Shown here piece by piece: positions 8,254-18,125 of a stretch of DNA of 64,000 nt. The translations under genes and the position numbers were made by a program. The DNA comes from Candidatus Latescibacterota bacterium (lineage in GTDB: Bacteria; Latescibacterota; UBA2968; UBA8231): positions 5,248,001 through 5,312,000 of the forward strand of contig OZ244561.1 in the NCBI GenBank assembly GCA_965217585.1. The letters are read 5' to 3'. The notes beneath the pieces were generated by a model, which had not been told where the DNA came from, did not search any database, and saw nothing but the letters and a program-made list of their open reading frames with translations. How positions within the stretch are numbered: position 1 is the stretch's first letter; the number at the start of each line of letters is the position of its first letter.

Positions 8254-10104
8254 ATGAGACAGGTACTGATTCTAGTCCTGACAGTGTTGGGGATGGGAGT
8301 GGGCTATCGGGCCGAGGCGCGCCAATTTTACCAATTGGGGGGCCACGTTGGAAACCCTTGGAGTGAAAGCGGCACCCTGAGTTTCATCGATGTGGCAAAA
8401 GTGCCGGGTGCCATCCGCCCATTCAGCGCCGAAAGTGGCGAGAACCTGATTGCCTCGATGGGCGAGCGAAATGGCGACCTTACCAGCTTGGTGAGCATTT
8501 ACACCCTACCGGCGAATTGGTTAGAAGACCGCGTGTTGGTAGTAGATAGCGATGCGAACACGGCTTTTGTACACCCGCCGCGCATCAATTTCTTTCGCGG
8601 CCCCGGGTTCTTCTATACCACGCCGATGTTCTTCGATCTGGGGGCACCATTCCCCATCGAAGGGATCCGCTTTGCAACCCGCGCCGATCATCCGGGGCAC
8701 AAGATCCGCCAGTTTAGGCTTTCTATCAACGACGGCAGGGAAGAGAGCAAAAACGAAAAAGGAAATCTCATCTGGGCCTTGGTTCACGAAGAGAAGGACA
8801 ACTTGAGCCCAGTAGTAGAACTGGATATAGAACCCCGGATAGCACGCCACGTCTATCTCCATCCCTTGGAAGTGGGGGAGACTTGGGAAGTGGCCGAGTT
8901 CGAGGTGTACGGTCAGGGGTTCGTTCCCCAAGCCTCATTTCTGTCCGATCCGATCAATCTGGGACGAGCATCCAGTTTGGGACGCATTTGGTGGAACGGT
9001 CAACTTGATATAGGAGCGAAAATAGTCATCCAGAGCCGCAGCGGCAGCGATGACCAGCCCGAGGTCTACTGGCGCAAGACCGGGGTGGGGGGAGAGGAAG
9101 TGCCATTCGGAGCCAATGGTCGGCCCATGAGCCGCCAAGCGTATGGAGCCATGCCCCAGAATGTGCGAGGGGGCATTACCCAGGATCTGGAAAACTGGAG
9201 CGTATGGCACACCTATGAATATGCGGACGGACTCGCCGGCAGCCAGATTCGCTCTCCCAGCCCCCGGCAGTATGTGCAGTTACACATCGCTTTTTTCTCC
9301 GCCAGATTGGCGGGGGGACAGATCGACTCGCTGTTTTTTGAATTTTCCCAACCCCCTGTAGTCACCGAGGCGATTGGCGAGATCTACCCTCCTTTTGTCG
9401 AGTCACCCGACCCGGTTCGGTTCACCTATGCGGTGCGGACTCGACTGGAGGCAGAGCAATCCGGTTTCAATGTTCTCGAGGTGCGTACGCCCGCTCGTCT
9501 GGAGGCCATCCACGAGGTGCGTATCGACCGCGAAGTAGTCGATTTTACCCCGAATTTCGATCCGGCAGATCCCCACCAGTTCGCCGTCCAATTTGACCGC
9601 ATCGACCAAGACCAGACGCTGCTAGAAGTAGATTTCGACGCCCGAGTCTTCAACTACGGAACGACTTTCAGCGGCGCAGTGTCGGATGCGGACCGCGACG
9701 AAGTACCCCAGAGCGTGATTCCCGGAGATGCTATGAGCGAGTTGTTGAGCGACGCCTTGAACGTCCGCACGCCGCTCAAGGGCAGTCTGCTCAGCGTCGT
9801 GCAGGTGGTTCCCAACCCGTTCTCACCCAATGGAGACGGCGTCAACGACCAAGTGCAGTTCTCCTATACGTTACTGCGTCTGACCGATGTCGTGCCCCTT
9901 GCGACGGAAATCTACACGCTGGCGGGAAACCGAGTGCGCACCTTGGGCGGCGAGGAGGGGGGTAGCGCGCTTTATCAAGCTACTTGGGACGGTCGGGATG
10001 ACCAAGGCGAATTGGTAGCCCCAGGACTATACATTTACCGAGTCGTGGTAGAAGCGGGCAGTGGCCGGGAGGAGCGACTGGGGCCTATCGCTCTAGTGTA
10101 CTGA
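8254..10104 (+). CDS. Secreted FlgD-Ig-tailed protein (short class)
   Basis: RBS AAGGAGG at 8241; signal peptide; PNPFSPNGDGVND...WDGRD...PGLYIY; ends ALVY. Confidence 0.75.
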   Translation: MRQVLILVLTVLGMGVGYRAEARQFYQLGGHVGNPWSESGTLSFIDVAKVPGAIRPFSAESGENLIASMGERNGDLTSLVSIYTLPANWLEDRVLVVDSDANTAFVHPPRINFFRGPGFFYTTPMFFDLGAPFPIEGIRFATRADHPGHKIRQFRLSINDGREESKNEKGNLIWALVHEEKDNLSPVVELDIEPRIARHVYLHPLEVGETWEVAEFEVYGQGFVPQASFLSDPINLGRASSLGRIWWNGQLDIGAKIVIQSRSGSDDQPEVYWRKTGVGGEEVPFGANGRPMSRQAYGAMPQNVRGGITQDLENWSVWHTYEYADGLAGSQIRSPSPRQYVQLHIAFFSARLAGGQIDSLFFEFSQPPVVTEAIGEIYPPFVESPDPVRFTYAVRTRLEAEQSGFNVLEVRTPARLEAIHEVRIDREVVDFTPNFDPADPHQFAVQFDRIDQDQTLLEVDFDARVFNYGTTFSGAVSDADRDEVPQSVIPGDAMSELLSDALNVRTPLKGSLLSVVQVVPNPFSPNGDGVNDQVQFSYTLLRLTDVVPLATEIYTLAGNRVRTLGGEEGGSALYQATWDGRDDQGELVAPGLYIYRVVVEAGSGREERLGPIALVY

Positions 10105-10112
10105 TAGAAGAC

Positions 10113-11849
10113 ATGAGAAACAGAAAACCATGGACTTGGCAAGGATGCGGGCTGGTACTCATATGGAGTCTCGCGGCGTGTTCTCCGGGTGTGGAGGTCG
10201 TCCTCGAACCCGGTGTGGTGGCGCGCATCGATTCCACTTCCATCACGGCTGCCGAAATGCGCGATTTCGTCGTCCAGATGCCCCAGTCCTTGCGCCTCCA
10301 GAGACAGGGAGACCTAGTGCGGGAGCGCTACCTGCGCAGTCTGCTGGGCAAGTACCTGCTCGTACTGGAGGCCAAAGAACGGGGATTGGATACCGCCGAG
10401 GTGGTACAGACTAAGGTGATGCACTACTGGCGACAGCACTTGGTCGACACCTATCGCCAACTCGCACTGGCCCCCAATGTGCAGGTTTCTGAGGAGGAGG
10501 TACGCGCTTATTTCGCCCACAGTGGCCTAGACCGCAAACGTCAGATGGCGGGCATTCTGGTGGAAGAGGACAGCACAGCAAAGCAAATCTATGAGCAACT
10601 CGAAGCGGGCGAGGATTTTGCCCAACTGGCCGCCGAGTACACCATAGACGAACGGTCGGCTTCCGAGGGAGGCATACTGGGATTTATCGATCTGGAGCAG
10701 GCCCGCAGGTTGCAGATTCCAGACGAGATGTTTCGCAGTCTGCCGAGTGAACAGCTATCCCCGATCCTGCCCATGGGCACGCGCTACCAAATCGTGCGTT
10801 TCCTCCAGGACCAGCCCGTTCCGCTAGAAGAGAAACGACAGCAGATTCGCGATATACTCTACGAACGCAAGCGACTAGAGCAGGAAAGGGCGGAAATCGC
10901 GGCCCTCGCCCGCAAGCTGGATGTGCAGCTAGTGCCAGAGGGATTAGATCTTCTATTGAATAAAGCGGCACTCCACACCCGGGTGCGACTCGCTCATCTG
11001 ACCACCGAGGAGGCGGGCCAGCCCCTCTTTACCTATAAGGCGGGCCAGATCGCTCTGGGAGATTACCTCAATGTTCTGTGGAAGGATATGCGGGCCCTGT
11101 CCGGCTGGGGTGTACGGGACAGTGCCGAGGTGGTTGATACAGCGCGGGAACTGGTTTTGATGCCGGCGCTGTTGGCAGAGGCGGCGCAGCGGGCCGGGTT
11201 GGAGGAGATGGCGGATGGACAACAGCGGTTGGCGGAAATACGCACGGAATCCATGATTAAACAGCTACGCCAGGAAGAGGTCATCGACCAATCAGAGGCG
11301 AGCCAGGAGGAAGCTAGGGATTTTTACGATGACAATGAGGAGTTGTTCAGGGAACCGGCCCAATACATCGTTGTTGAAGTGCTGGTCGAGACCGAGGTGG
11401 AAGCCGCCGGTTTGCTGCGCGCCATCGCACAAGGTGCGACCTTGGGAACGCTCGCCCAAAAGCACACCATCCGCCCAGGTATGAAGAAAGAAGATGGCTT
11501 GCTGCATCTGGGTGAGTACGAGCGTTTGACCCTGCCGCGGCTCTTCAAAGCAGTAAAGGCGGCCGACCTCGACAAAATCACCGGTCCGGAGCCTGTTGCA
11601 GGCGGATACAGCATTTTCAAAGTTCTCAACCGCCAGGGGGGAGAATTGTCTCCCTTTTTTCAAGTCGAGAAAAAGGCGCGGGCCTTGGTGCGTGGACAGA
11701 AGCGAGAGCAACTTTTCGAGGAATTGATAGATGACTTGCTGGACAAGTACAAAGAGCGGATCGCCGTATCTGACAGCGCGTTGACGGCGGCTCTACCCGA
11801 TGCGTTCCTGCAGCGCCAAGCATGGGAAGCCCCGACCAAGGGCGAATAG
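10113..11849 (+). CDS. PpiC/parvulin-type PPIase lipoprotein (SurA/PrsA-like, two rotamase domains)
   Basis: Lipobox LAAC; GEDFAQLAAEYTID..SASEGGILG; second rotamase-like domain. Confidence 0.8.
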   Translation: MRNRKPWTWQGCGLVLIWSLAACSPGVEVVLEPGVVARIDSTSITAAEMRDFVVQMPQSLRLQRQGDLVRERYLRSLLGKYLLVLEAKERGLDTAEVVQTKVMHYWRQHLVDTYRQLALAPNVQVSEEEVRAYFAHSGLDRKRQMAGILVEEDSTAKQIYEQLEAGEDFAQLAAEYTIDERSASEGGILGFIDLEQARRLQIPDEMFRSLPSEQLSPILPMGTRYQIVRFLQDQPVPLEEKRQQIRDILYERKRLEQERAEIAALARKLDVQLVPEGLDLLLNKAALHTRVRLAHLTTEEAGQPLFTYKAGQIALGDYLNVLWKDMRALSGWGVRDSAEVVDTARELVLMPALLAEAAQRAGLEEMADGQQRLAEIRTESMIKQLRQEEVIDQSEASQEEARDFYDDNEELFREPAQYIVVEVLVETEVEAAGLLRAIAQGATLGTLAQKHTIRPGMKKEDGLLHLGEYERLTLPRLFKAVKAADLDKITGPEPVAGGYSIFKVLNRQGGELSPFFQVEKKARALVRGQKREQLFEELIDDLLDKYKERIAVSDSALTAALPDAFLQRQAWEAPTKGE

Positions 11850-11883
11850 ATACGTAGGTACGTCTTATCCGGGACAATAGGTT

Positions 11884-14583
11884 ATGGAACACCGCTTACC
11901 TGCGCAGTACTCGATGATTTCGGAGACGGCCGCGAGGAGATCGGGTCTTTTGTCCCCGGCGCTCTGTTTTGTAGCCCTTTTTTTTCCTATGGCTCTAAAC
12001 GGGGTATGGGCCCAGTCGAGGGGTTACAGTCTGGGCGCGGATCGGGTAGAGGTGCGGACTCAGGCGCACTGGCAGGCTTGGGATTTTCCGAGGGATATGG
12101 TGACTATAACGCCGTCTGGCTCGGTGCAGTCCAGATTTGTACAAGTACCGCACAACGCCATATTGAATGCGGCCGACTTCAGCTATCCCATTGATGGCAG
12201 CTTGCGAGATCAGTACGCCAATTCGTTCCAAGATGAAAATAACACTCTGCTGGCGCGCGGCGGTATCAAAAGGGCTGGTTCAAATCCGCAGCTAGCGGAG
12301 CGGGCCATTGATGCAAATCCAGTTACAGCTTGGGAGCCGGACCCGGCCGATCCTCTGCGGGACTGGGTGTTGGAGATCGATCTTGGCCGTCTGGTGTCGG
12401 CCACCAAGGTCGTCGTGCGCTTTGCCGAAGAAGGGGACCCGTTCCTGCAATTCAGGGTGCATTCGGCAGGGGGGCAAAACCCCTTCGGCACGGCTGACCG
12501 CAGCGGTGCCTTGGACTATACCTTGGTCGGCAGTACCACTCAGCCCAATCGCGACCAGCGGGTCTTTGAGTTTGACCTCGCACCGCTGGGTACCCATACA
12601 GAGGAGTGGAGCGGCCGCATTATGCAGTACCTGCGCGTCGCGGCCACGGCTACCAATGGCGAGCGGGCGCAACAGCTCTCTGCCGAGGATTATCAGGCGT
12701 TGGCGGCAGAGAACCAAGGCGCTGTGGAATACGTCTGGAAAATCGCCGGTGAAGAGCGTCTAGTAACGGCCGAGCGCTACGACCAGTTGCCACTTGAGCA
12801 GCAGGGCGGGGTGCGCTATTACCGCCGCGAACGACCTCAACTCGCCGAGGTGGAGGTATGGACTATAGGCGAGAACATCGCCTTGGGAATCGTAGCGCGC
12901 GGCGGTAATTTGCACGACGTCAATCCCAATTCTTCGCCCGAACTTGCCGTTGACGGCAACGTGCGCACCGAGTGGCAGGGCATGGTTTACTTTCCCACCG
13001 GAGAGACCGCCGAGTGGGGTTTGTTGAACGTGAATCTGGGCTCTCACTTCACGATCCATGCCGTGCGCATCATTACCCGCGTCGGAGGAAGAAACCTGAT
13101 TGGTTATCTATTGCGCGGTTCGGACGGCTCGCTGGCACCCGATGGCAGTTTGATCTGGGAGGAATTGAGTGGTGAGACGCGGCAGCTAAACCAGAATACG
13201 CGGCTGTTCGAGGATCGCTTTGCGCCGCGTCCGATACGCTTTCTGGAATTCCGCAACCTAGATATTGCCCGCCGCACTAGGGCCCATGAAGGGCACCGGA
13301 TACTGAGCACGGTGACCGAAATCCAAGTCTTCGCCAACGGGCACTTGCCGATCCTCGAGATGACTTCCGACCTCATTGATCTGGGGAGTTCCAAGACGCT
13401 GACGACCATCGAATGGGAAGCTGACACTCCCTCGGGCACGGCGGTGGAAATCCGCACCCGCACGGGAAACGAGCTGCGCGAAGTAAACCGCTATTTCAAA
13501 AAAGACGGCACGGAAGTAGCCAACAAAGAAGAATACGAGGAGCAGCCGTCTTTCTACAGGGGGGAGATTCTTACCGAGTTCCTGCCGGGACCGGGCTGGA
13601 GCAACTGGAGTCAAGTCTACGTCAAATCGGGCGAAGTCGTACGTTCTCCCAATCCCCGGCGCTATATGATGATCCAGACGAGACTGCTCAGTGAAGACGC
13701 AGCCGCGGCCCCCAGCTTGGATTCGATCCAGATCCATTTCACAGCGCCGCTGGTAGAGCACATCGCTGGGGAAATAGAGCCCAAGCGGAATGTCCCCCTC
13801 GGCGAACTCACCGATTTCGACCTTTTCATCCGCCCCTCCTTCGCTGCTCGGGACCCAGGATTCGACCGCATCCGCCTCATAGCGCCTTCGCGAGCGAATA
13901 TCGAACTGCGCCAAGTGAGTTTGGGAGACGAAAGCGGATTTGCAGCCGGAAACGAGGAAATATTTGCCGAAGTAGCAAAAGGCCGTTTTGAGAATGAGGC
14001 GGGGGAGGAGCTGGAATTGACCAAGGTGGCAATTGACACTCTGCAACTAGGCCTGCCAAGGATACTGAAGCGAGGCAGTGCGGATATTGTGCGGATCTCT
14101 TTTTCGTCGCGCGTCTTCCTGAGCGGTGCCACTTTTGCAGCCGAAGTTGGGCGTTCGACGCAAGCGGACAACTGGCAGAGGGTGGATCCGGCGGACCCGG
14201 TAGGAGACGAATTGGCCGCCGGTGAGGGGTTGACAGTATTGACGACCGACCGCGGCGGACAGATCGGGATGATCGAGGTAGATCCCTCCACTTTTACCCC
14301 AAATGGCGACGGCATCAACGACACGGCTGTCTTTTCGTTTGCCGTGCTCAAAGTCAATGTAGCCCGGCAAGTAGCGGTGGATTTCTACGACTTAGCAGGC
14401 CGGAAAGTGAGGCGTCTTTCTGAGAGGCGCAATATGGCGAACGGGCTGTATCGCCTTGTCTGGGACGGACGGGACGAAGGGGGAACTTTAGTATCCCCAG
14501 GCCTTTACCTCGCCCGTATCGAGGTAGATGACGACGCGGGGGATGCCAACTCGGCTGTCCGCCTAGTTGGGGTGGCGTATTGA
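11884..14583 (+). CDS. Secreted protein with discoidin-like domains and C-terminal FlgD-Ig domain (long class)
   Basis: AIDANPVTAWEP, LEIDLGR; PSTFTPNGDGIND...WDGRD...PGLY; ends GVAY. Paralog of 56913-60173. Start uncertain. Confidence 0.75.
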   Translation: MEHRLPAQYSMISETAARRSGLLSPALCFVALFFPMALNGVWAQSRGYSLGADRVEVRTQAHWQAWDFPRDMVTITPSGSVQSRFVQVPHNAILNAADFSYPIDGSLRDQYANSFQDENNTLLARGGIKRAGSNPQLAERAIDANPVTAWEPDPADPLRDWVLEIDLGRLVSATKVVVRFAEEGDPFLQFRVHSAGGQNPFGTADRSGALDYTLVGSTTQPNRDQRVFEFDLAPLGTHTEEWSGRIMQYLRVAATATNGERAQQLSAEDYQALAAENQGAVEYVWKIAGEERLVTAERYDQLPLEQQGGVRYYRRERPQLAEVEVWTIGENIALGIVARGGNLHDVNPNSSPELAVDGNVRTEWQGMVYFPTGETAEWGLLNVNLGSHFTIHAVRIITRVGGRNLIGYLLRGSDGSLAPDGSLIWEELSGETRQLNQNTRLFEDRFAPRPIRFLEFRNLDIARRTRAHEGHRILSTVTEIQVFANGHLPILEMTSDLIDLGSSKTLTTIEWEADTPSGTAVEIRTRTGNELREVNRYFKKDGTEVANKEEYEEQPSFYRGEILTEFLPGPGWSNWSQVYVKSGEVVRSPNPRRYMMIQTRLLSEDAAAAPSLDSIQIHFTAPLVEHIAGEIEPKRNVPLGELTDFDLFIRPSFAARDPGFDRIRLIAPSRANIELRQVSLGDESGFAAGNEEIFAEVAKGRFENEAGEELELTKVAIDTLQLGLPRILKRGSADIVRISFSSRVFLSGATFAAEVGRSTQADNWQRVDPADPVGDELAAGEGLTVLTTDRGGQIGMIEVDPSTFTPNGDGINDTAVFSFAVLKVNVARQVAVDFYDLAGRKVRRLSERRNMANGLYRLVWDGRDEGGTLVSPGLYLARIEVDDDAGDANSAVRLVGVAY

Positions 14584-14717
14584 CTTTTGCGCTGCGTCAG
14601 CGGTCGCACAACGGCCGTCGGAAACTTTAAGGCGGCTTCTCACCTATCCGCCCGCTCCGGCCTTGATACAGCAAAGATTCCCAGTTTAATTGGAACGTGC
14701 CTACGAGCGCGGGATTA

Positions 14718-15317
14718 ATGAACGCCTTGTCCAATTACTACGAGCCAGGCCCGCTGATCCTGTTGCAGCGTCCGGTCGTCCTCATCGGCTTCCTCGGCGT
14801 TGACCAACACGGCTTGGGCCGCGACTTGGCCGCCTTGAGCGGCCTGCCTCTCGTCGAAGTGGATCGCTGGATCGAACACGAGGCTGGCCAATCCTTGGTT
14901 TCCCTCGTGCAGACGCAGGGGATAGAGGCCTTGCGCCAATTAGAGGACCGCTTTCTCGCCCAAGCGCTGTCCGCTCGTCCGCCCGGGATCATCGTCTTGG
15001 GTGATGGGGCGCTGATCAAAGAGGCCAACCTCCGGCAGGTACTGGCCAAAGCGACGTTGGTGTACCTCAAATTGTCGCTGGCCAGCACCTATTGGAAGCT
15101 GCGCCACCAAGCCCTAGAAACGGCGCGGCGGCCGCATCCGCTGCTGCTGCAACCGCCCGAAAATACGGCGCAACTCAGGCCGCTGTTGGCCGAGCGCCAA
15201 GGCGGCTTTGACCAAGCCCACGCGACGTTGGACATGGACGAGATGGCTCCAGAGGCGGCCCTGCGCCACTTGTTGGATAAGCTGCCCCAATGGGGGACCA
15301 CGAGGCCCATATCTTAG
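14718..15317 (+). CDS. Shikimate-kinase-like protein with degenerate P-loop
   Basis: AroK-like layout (VLIGFLG...D..IE..AG.S...LGDGA) but GVDQH replaces GxGKS/T. Confidence 0.65.
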   Translation: MNALSNYYEPGPLILLQRPVVLIGFLGVDQHGLGRDLAALSGLPLVEVDRWIEHEAGQSLVSLVQTQGIEALRQLEDRFLAQALSARPPGIIVLGDGALIKEANLRQVLAKATLVYLKLSLASTYWKLRHQALETARRPHPLLLQPPENTAQLRPLLAERQGGFDQAHATLDMDEMAPEAALRHLLDKLPQWGTTRPIS

Positions 15318-15393
15318 GATTGCCCTACCCGGCCTCCAGCGGTACTTTCTTGGCCGAAATCGCCCTTGTTCCCATCATCTCAGGAGACTTCTC

Positions 15394-16875
15394 ATGTTAG
15401 ACCCGCAGTACCTCCTCAGCGACGAGGAGATGCAGCAGTTCATAGCCGAGGGCTGTCTCACGCTCAAGTCCTCTCTGCCCACCTCCCTCCACCAAGACAT
15501 CTACCAGCGCACCGAAGAAGTCTTTGCCAAGGAGGGCAATCCCGGCAACAACATCCTGCCCCGCATCCCGGCGTTGCAGCAGGTCTTTGACGATCCAGTC
15601 ATACGCGGTGCCCTCACTTCGGTGGTAGGGCCGGATTACATCATGCACGCCCACCGCCACTGCCACATCAATCGGCCCGGCAGCGAGGGCGGCGGCTGGC
15701 ACAAGGACAGCTATTGGGGCTATCGCAAGGTGCGCTATCACCGCAATCGCTGGGTGATGATCTTCTACTACCCCCAAGACGTCACCTTGGAAAATGGCCC
15801 CACTGGGGTCATGCCCGGCACGCATTACTACAACGACCGTGCAGCCGACGAGCAGGACGAGCGGCACTTGCCCGTCTGTGGCGAGGCTGGTACCTGCACC
15901 TTGGTGCATTTTGACTTGTGGCACCGGGCCATGCCCAACAGCACGGACGCCAACCGCTACATGATGAAGTTCCAATTTACCCGCCTCAGCGAGCCGAGCC
16001 GGCCCACTTGGAACATCCAAGCCCCGGGGTGGCCGGCCAACGGCTCGGCTCCCTCTACCAAGCATCGAATCGTGTGGTCGCGGATATGGGATTGGCACGC
16101 GGGAGCCCAAAATCAAGCCGAGGCCAACGGGCAAATCGAGCAACTAAGCGAGTTCCTTAACGGGACGTTGGAACAACGCTTGGCAGCGACCGATGCCCTC
16201 GGCGCGTTGGGGGAAAAGGCCGCTCCGGCACTAGATGCGCTGCTCGGCGCGCTGGGCGACGAAGCCGAGCCGGTGCGCCTCAACGCCGCGTATGCGCTCG
16301 GTGCAGTGGGTGCGGCCGCAGTAGGCCCGTTGCTTGCAGCCTTAGACGACGAGCGCGAACACGTGCGCGAACACGCTGCGTATGCACTCGGTGCAGTGGG
16401 AGAGGAAGCTGTGGACGCCTTGGTTGCGTCTCTTGGCGATGAGCGCGCCCACGTGCGGGGTTTTGCCGCGTACGCGCTGGGCGACATGGGGGCGCGAGCG
16501 GGTGCCGCGGCCGCGACCGCCCTGAGCGCGCTGCACGATGACTCGGACGCATGGGTGCGGCGCAACGGGGCCGAGGCCCTCGGAACCATTGCGCTGAGTC
16601 CAGAAGCCTCCGTGCCTGCGTTGGCCGCGCTGCTGGCGGACGAGGACGAGCAGGTGCGCTTCAACGCCGCCTATGCACTGGCCCACTTCGGCCCGGCGGC
16701 CGCGGCGGCCACAGACGCGTTGGCCGCGTCCCTCAGCGACGAGAATCGCTATGTCCAAGGGCACAGCACCGCGGCCCTGCAACAGATTGGCACGCCCCAG
16801 GCCCAAGACGTATTGCTGCACCATTTGACCGTAGCGCGCTGGTGCCCCATAACGACCAAGGAGACCACGTTCTGA
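15394..16875 (+). CDS. PhyH-family Fe/2OG dioxygenase fused to HEAT/PBS repeats
   Basis: RBS AGGAG; WHKD, QDVTLENGPT, LWHRA; repeated VRxxAAYALG units. Confidence 0.85.
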   Translation: MLDPQYLLSDEEMQQFIAEGCLTLKSSLPTSLHQDIYQRTEEVFAKEGNPGNNILPRIPALQQVFDDPVIRGALTSVVGPDYIMHAHRHCHINRPGSEGGGWHKDSYWGYRKVRYHRNRWVMIFYYPQDVTLENGPTGVMPGTHYYNDRAADEQDERHLPVCGEAGTCTLVHFDLWHRAMPNSTDANRYMMKFQFTRLSEPSRPTWNIQAPGWPANGSAPSTKHRIVWSRIWDWHAGAQNQAEANGQIEQLSEFLNGTLEQRLAATDALGALGEKAAPALDALLGALGDEAEPVRLNAAYALGAVGAAAVGPLLAALDDEREHVREHAAYALGAVGEEAVDALVASLGDERAHVRGFAAYALGDMGARAGAAAATALSALHDDSDAWVRRNGAEALGTIALSPEASVPALAALLADEDEQVRFNAAYALAHFGPAAAAATDALAASLSDENRYVQGHSTAALQQIGTPQAQDVLLHHLTVARWCPITTKETTF

Positions 16876-18125
16876 GAAAATCACGTGTAAAGGCTAGGGT
16901 TCACCAATACATCGAAAAGCACCAAGAGCAGTTGCTCGGCAGCGCGCAGGCGCTAGTTCGCGTGGATACCGTCAATCCGCCGGGGCGGAACTACCAAGCG
17001 ATGGCCGACGCACTCTTGGGGTGCTGTCAGGGCTTGGGTATGCAGGCCCAAGTCCACCGCGTCCCCGATCAAGAGGTGCGTCGATTACTTGGCTCGGACG
17101 AGTTCCCGCGCTATAACCTGATTGCTCGATGGGACATCGGCCGGCCGCAGACGGTGCATTTCAACGCCCACTACGACGTGGTGCCCTGCGCCGGGCAGTG
17201 GAAATTCGGCGACCCTTTCGAGCCGGGGCTGGCCGGCGGTGCGCTCTACGGCCGCGGTGCCGGGGATATGAAAGGGTCAATCGCCGCGTTGCTGATGGCT
17301 GTGGAGGCGCTCAGGGCGGCGGGGGTTGAGCCGGCTTTCAACATCGAGTGTTCGTTCACGGCCGACGAGGAGACCGGCGGCCAATTGGGCGCGGGATGGA
17401 TCGTAAACAAGGGATTGGTGAATGCCGATTTCGCGGTCGTCTGCGAGGGAGCGGCCGGGACGCAGGTTGGCTGCGGCCACAACGGCGTACTCTGGTTAGA
17501 GGTCGAGCTGACGGGCAAGGCCGCCCATGCTTCTAGCCCAGAACAGGGGGTCAACGCCTTTGAAGCCATGGCCAGCGTAGTGCAGAAGTTGCAAGCCTAC
17601 AAACGGAAACTGAATGCGCCCCAGCGCTGCTACGTGGATTTCGACGGTCGGTCGCGCAACCCCACGCTCAATATCGGTGGCGTCTTCGCTGGCGGGGAGG
17701 GCGACAAGATCAACACCGTACCCGCCTATGCTCGCTTTTCGCTGGACCGCCGCTTAGTGCCCGGCGAACAGCTCGCAACAGTCGAGCGCGAGCTGAGACG
17801 CGCTGTGGAGCGGGCCGCCGAGCCACCCTGCCGAGTGGCAGCGCCTTTGCAGATTGAACCTTGCGTCGTCGATGCCGAGCACGCGCTGCCCCAGGCCTTT
17901 GCGCGGGCCGTGCAAGCCGTGCGCCGCCGCGCCGCTAGCTACCGGCTCAGCTCTGGCTTTACAGACTTGCACTACTTTGCGATTGACGGCGGCCTGCCCG
18001 GCATTGGCTATGGCGTAAAGGGCGAGCGCATTCACGGGGTAGATGAGCGCGTGCGGGTGCGCGACTTGGTGTTGACGGCCCGCACGTACGCCGAGTTTAT
18101 GCTGCGCGGTTTGGAGGCCCATTGA
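16872..18125 (+). CDS. M20 family metallo-hydrolase (ArgE/DapE-like)
   Basis: NAHYDVVP, YGRGAGDMKG, DEETGG, GKAAHAS, HGVDE; probable CTG start overlapping the upstream TGA, with AAGGAG upstream. Confidence 0.85.
   Translation: MRKSRVKARVHQYIEKHQEQLLGSAQALVRVDTVNPPGRNYQAMADALLGCCQGLGMQAQVHRVPDQEVRRLLGSDEFPRYNLIARWDIGRPQTVHFNAHYDVVPCAGQWKFGDPFEPGLAGGALYGRGAGDMKGSIAALLMAVEALRAAGVEPAFNIECSFTADEETGGQLGAGWIVNKGLVNADFAVVCEGAAGTQVGCGHNGVLWLEVELTGKAAHASSPEQGVNAFEAMASVVQKLQAYKRKLNAPQRCYVDFDGRSRNPTLNIGGVFAGGEGDKINTVPAYARFSLDRRLVPGEQLATVERELRRAVERAAEPPCRVAAPLQIEPCVVDAEHALPQAFARAVQAVRRRAASYRLSSGFTDLHYFAIDGGLPGIGYGVKGERIHGVDERVRVRDLVLTARTYAEFMLRGLEAH

Noticed and set aside
16551-16871. Long N-terminal extensions in the ORF track (also 4282, 15208, 20356, 22368, 30327, 32549, 38187)
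   Set aside because: They overlap upstream genes or lack an RBS; better starts with RBS or stop/start coupling exist downstream.
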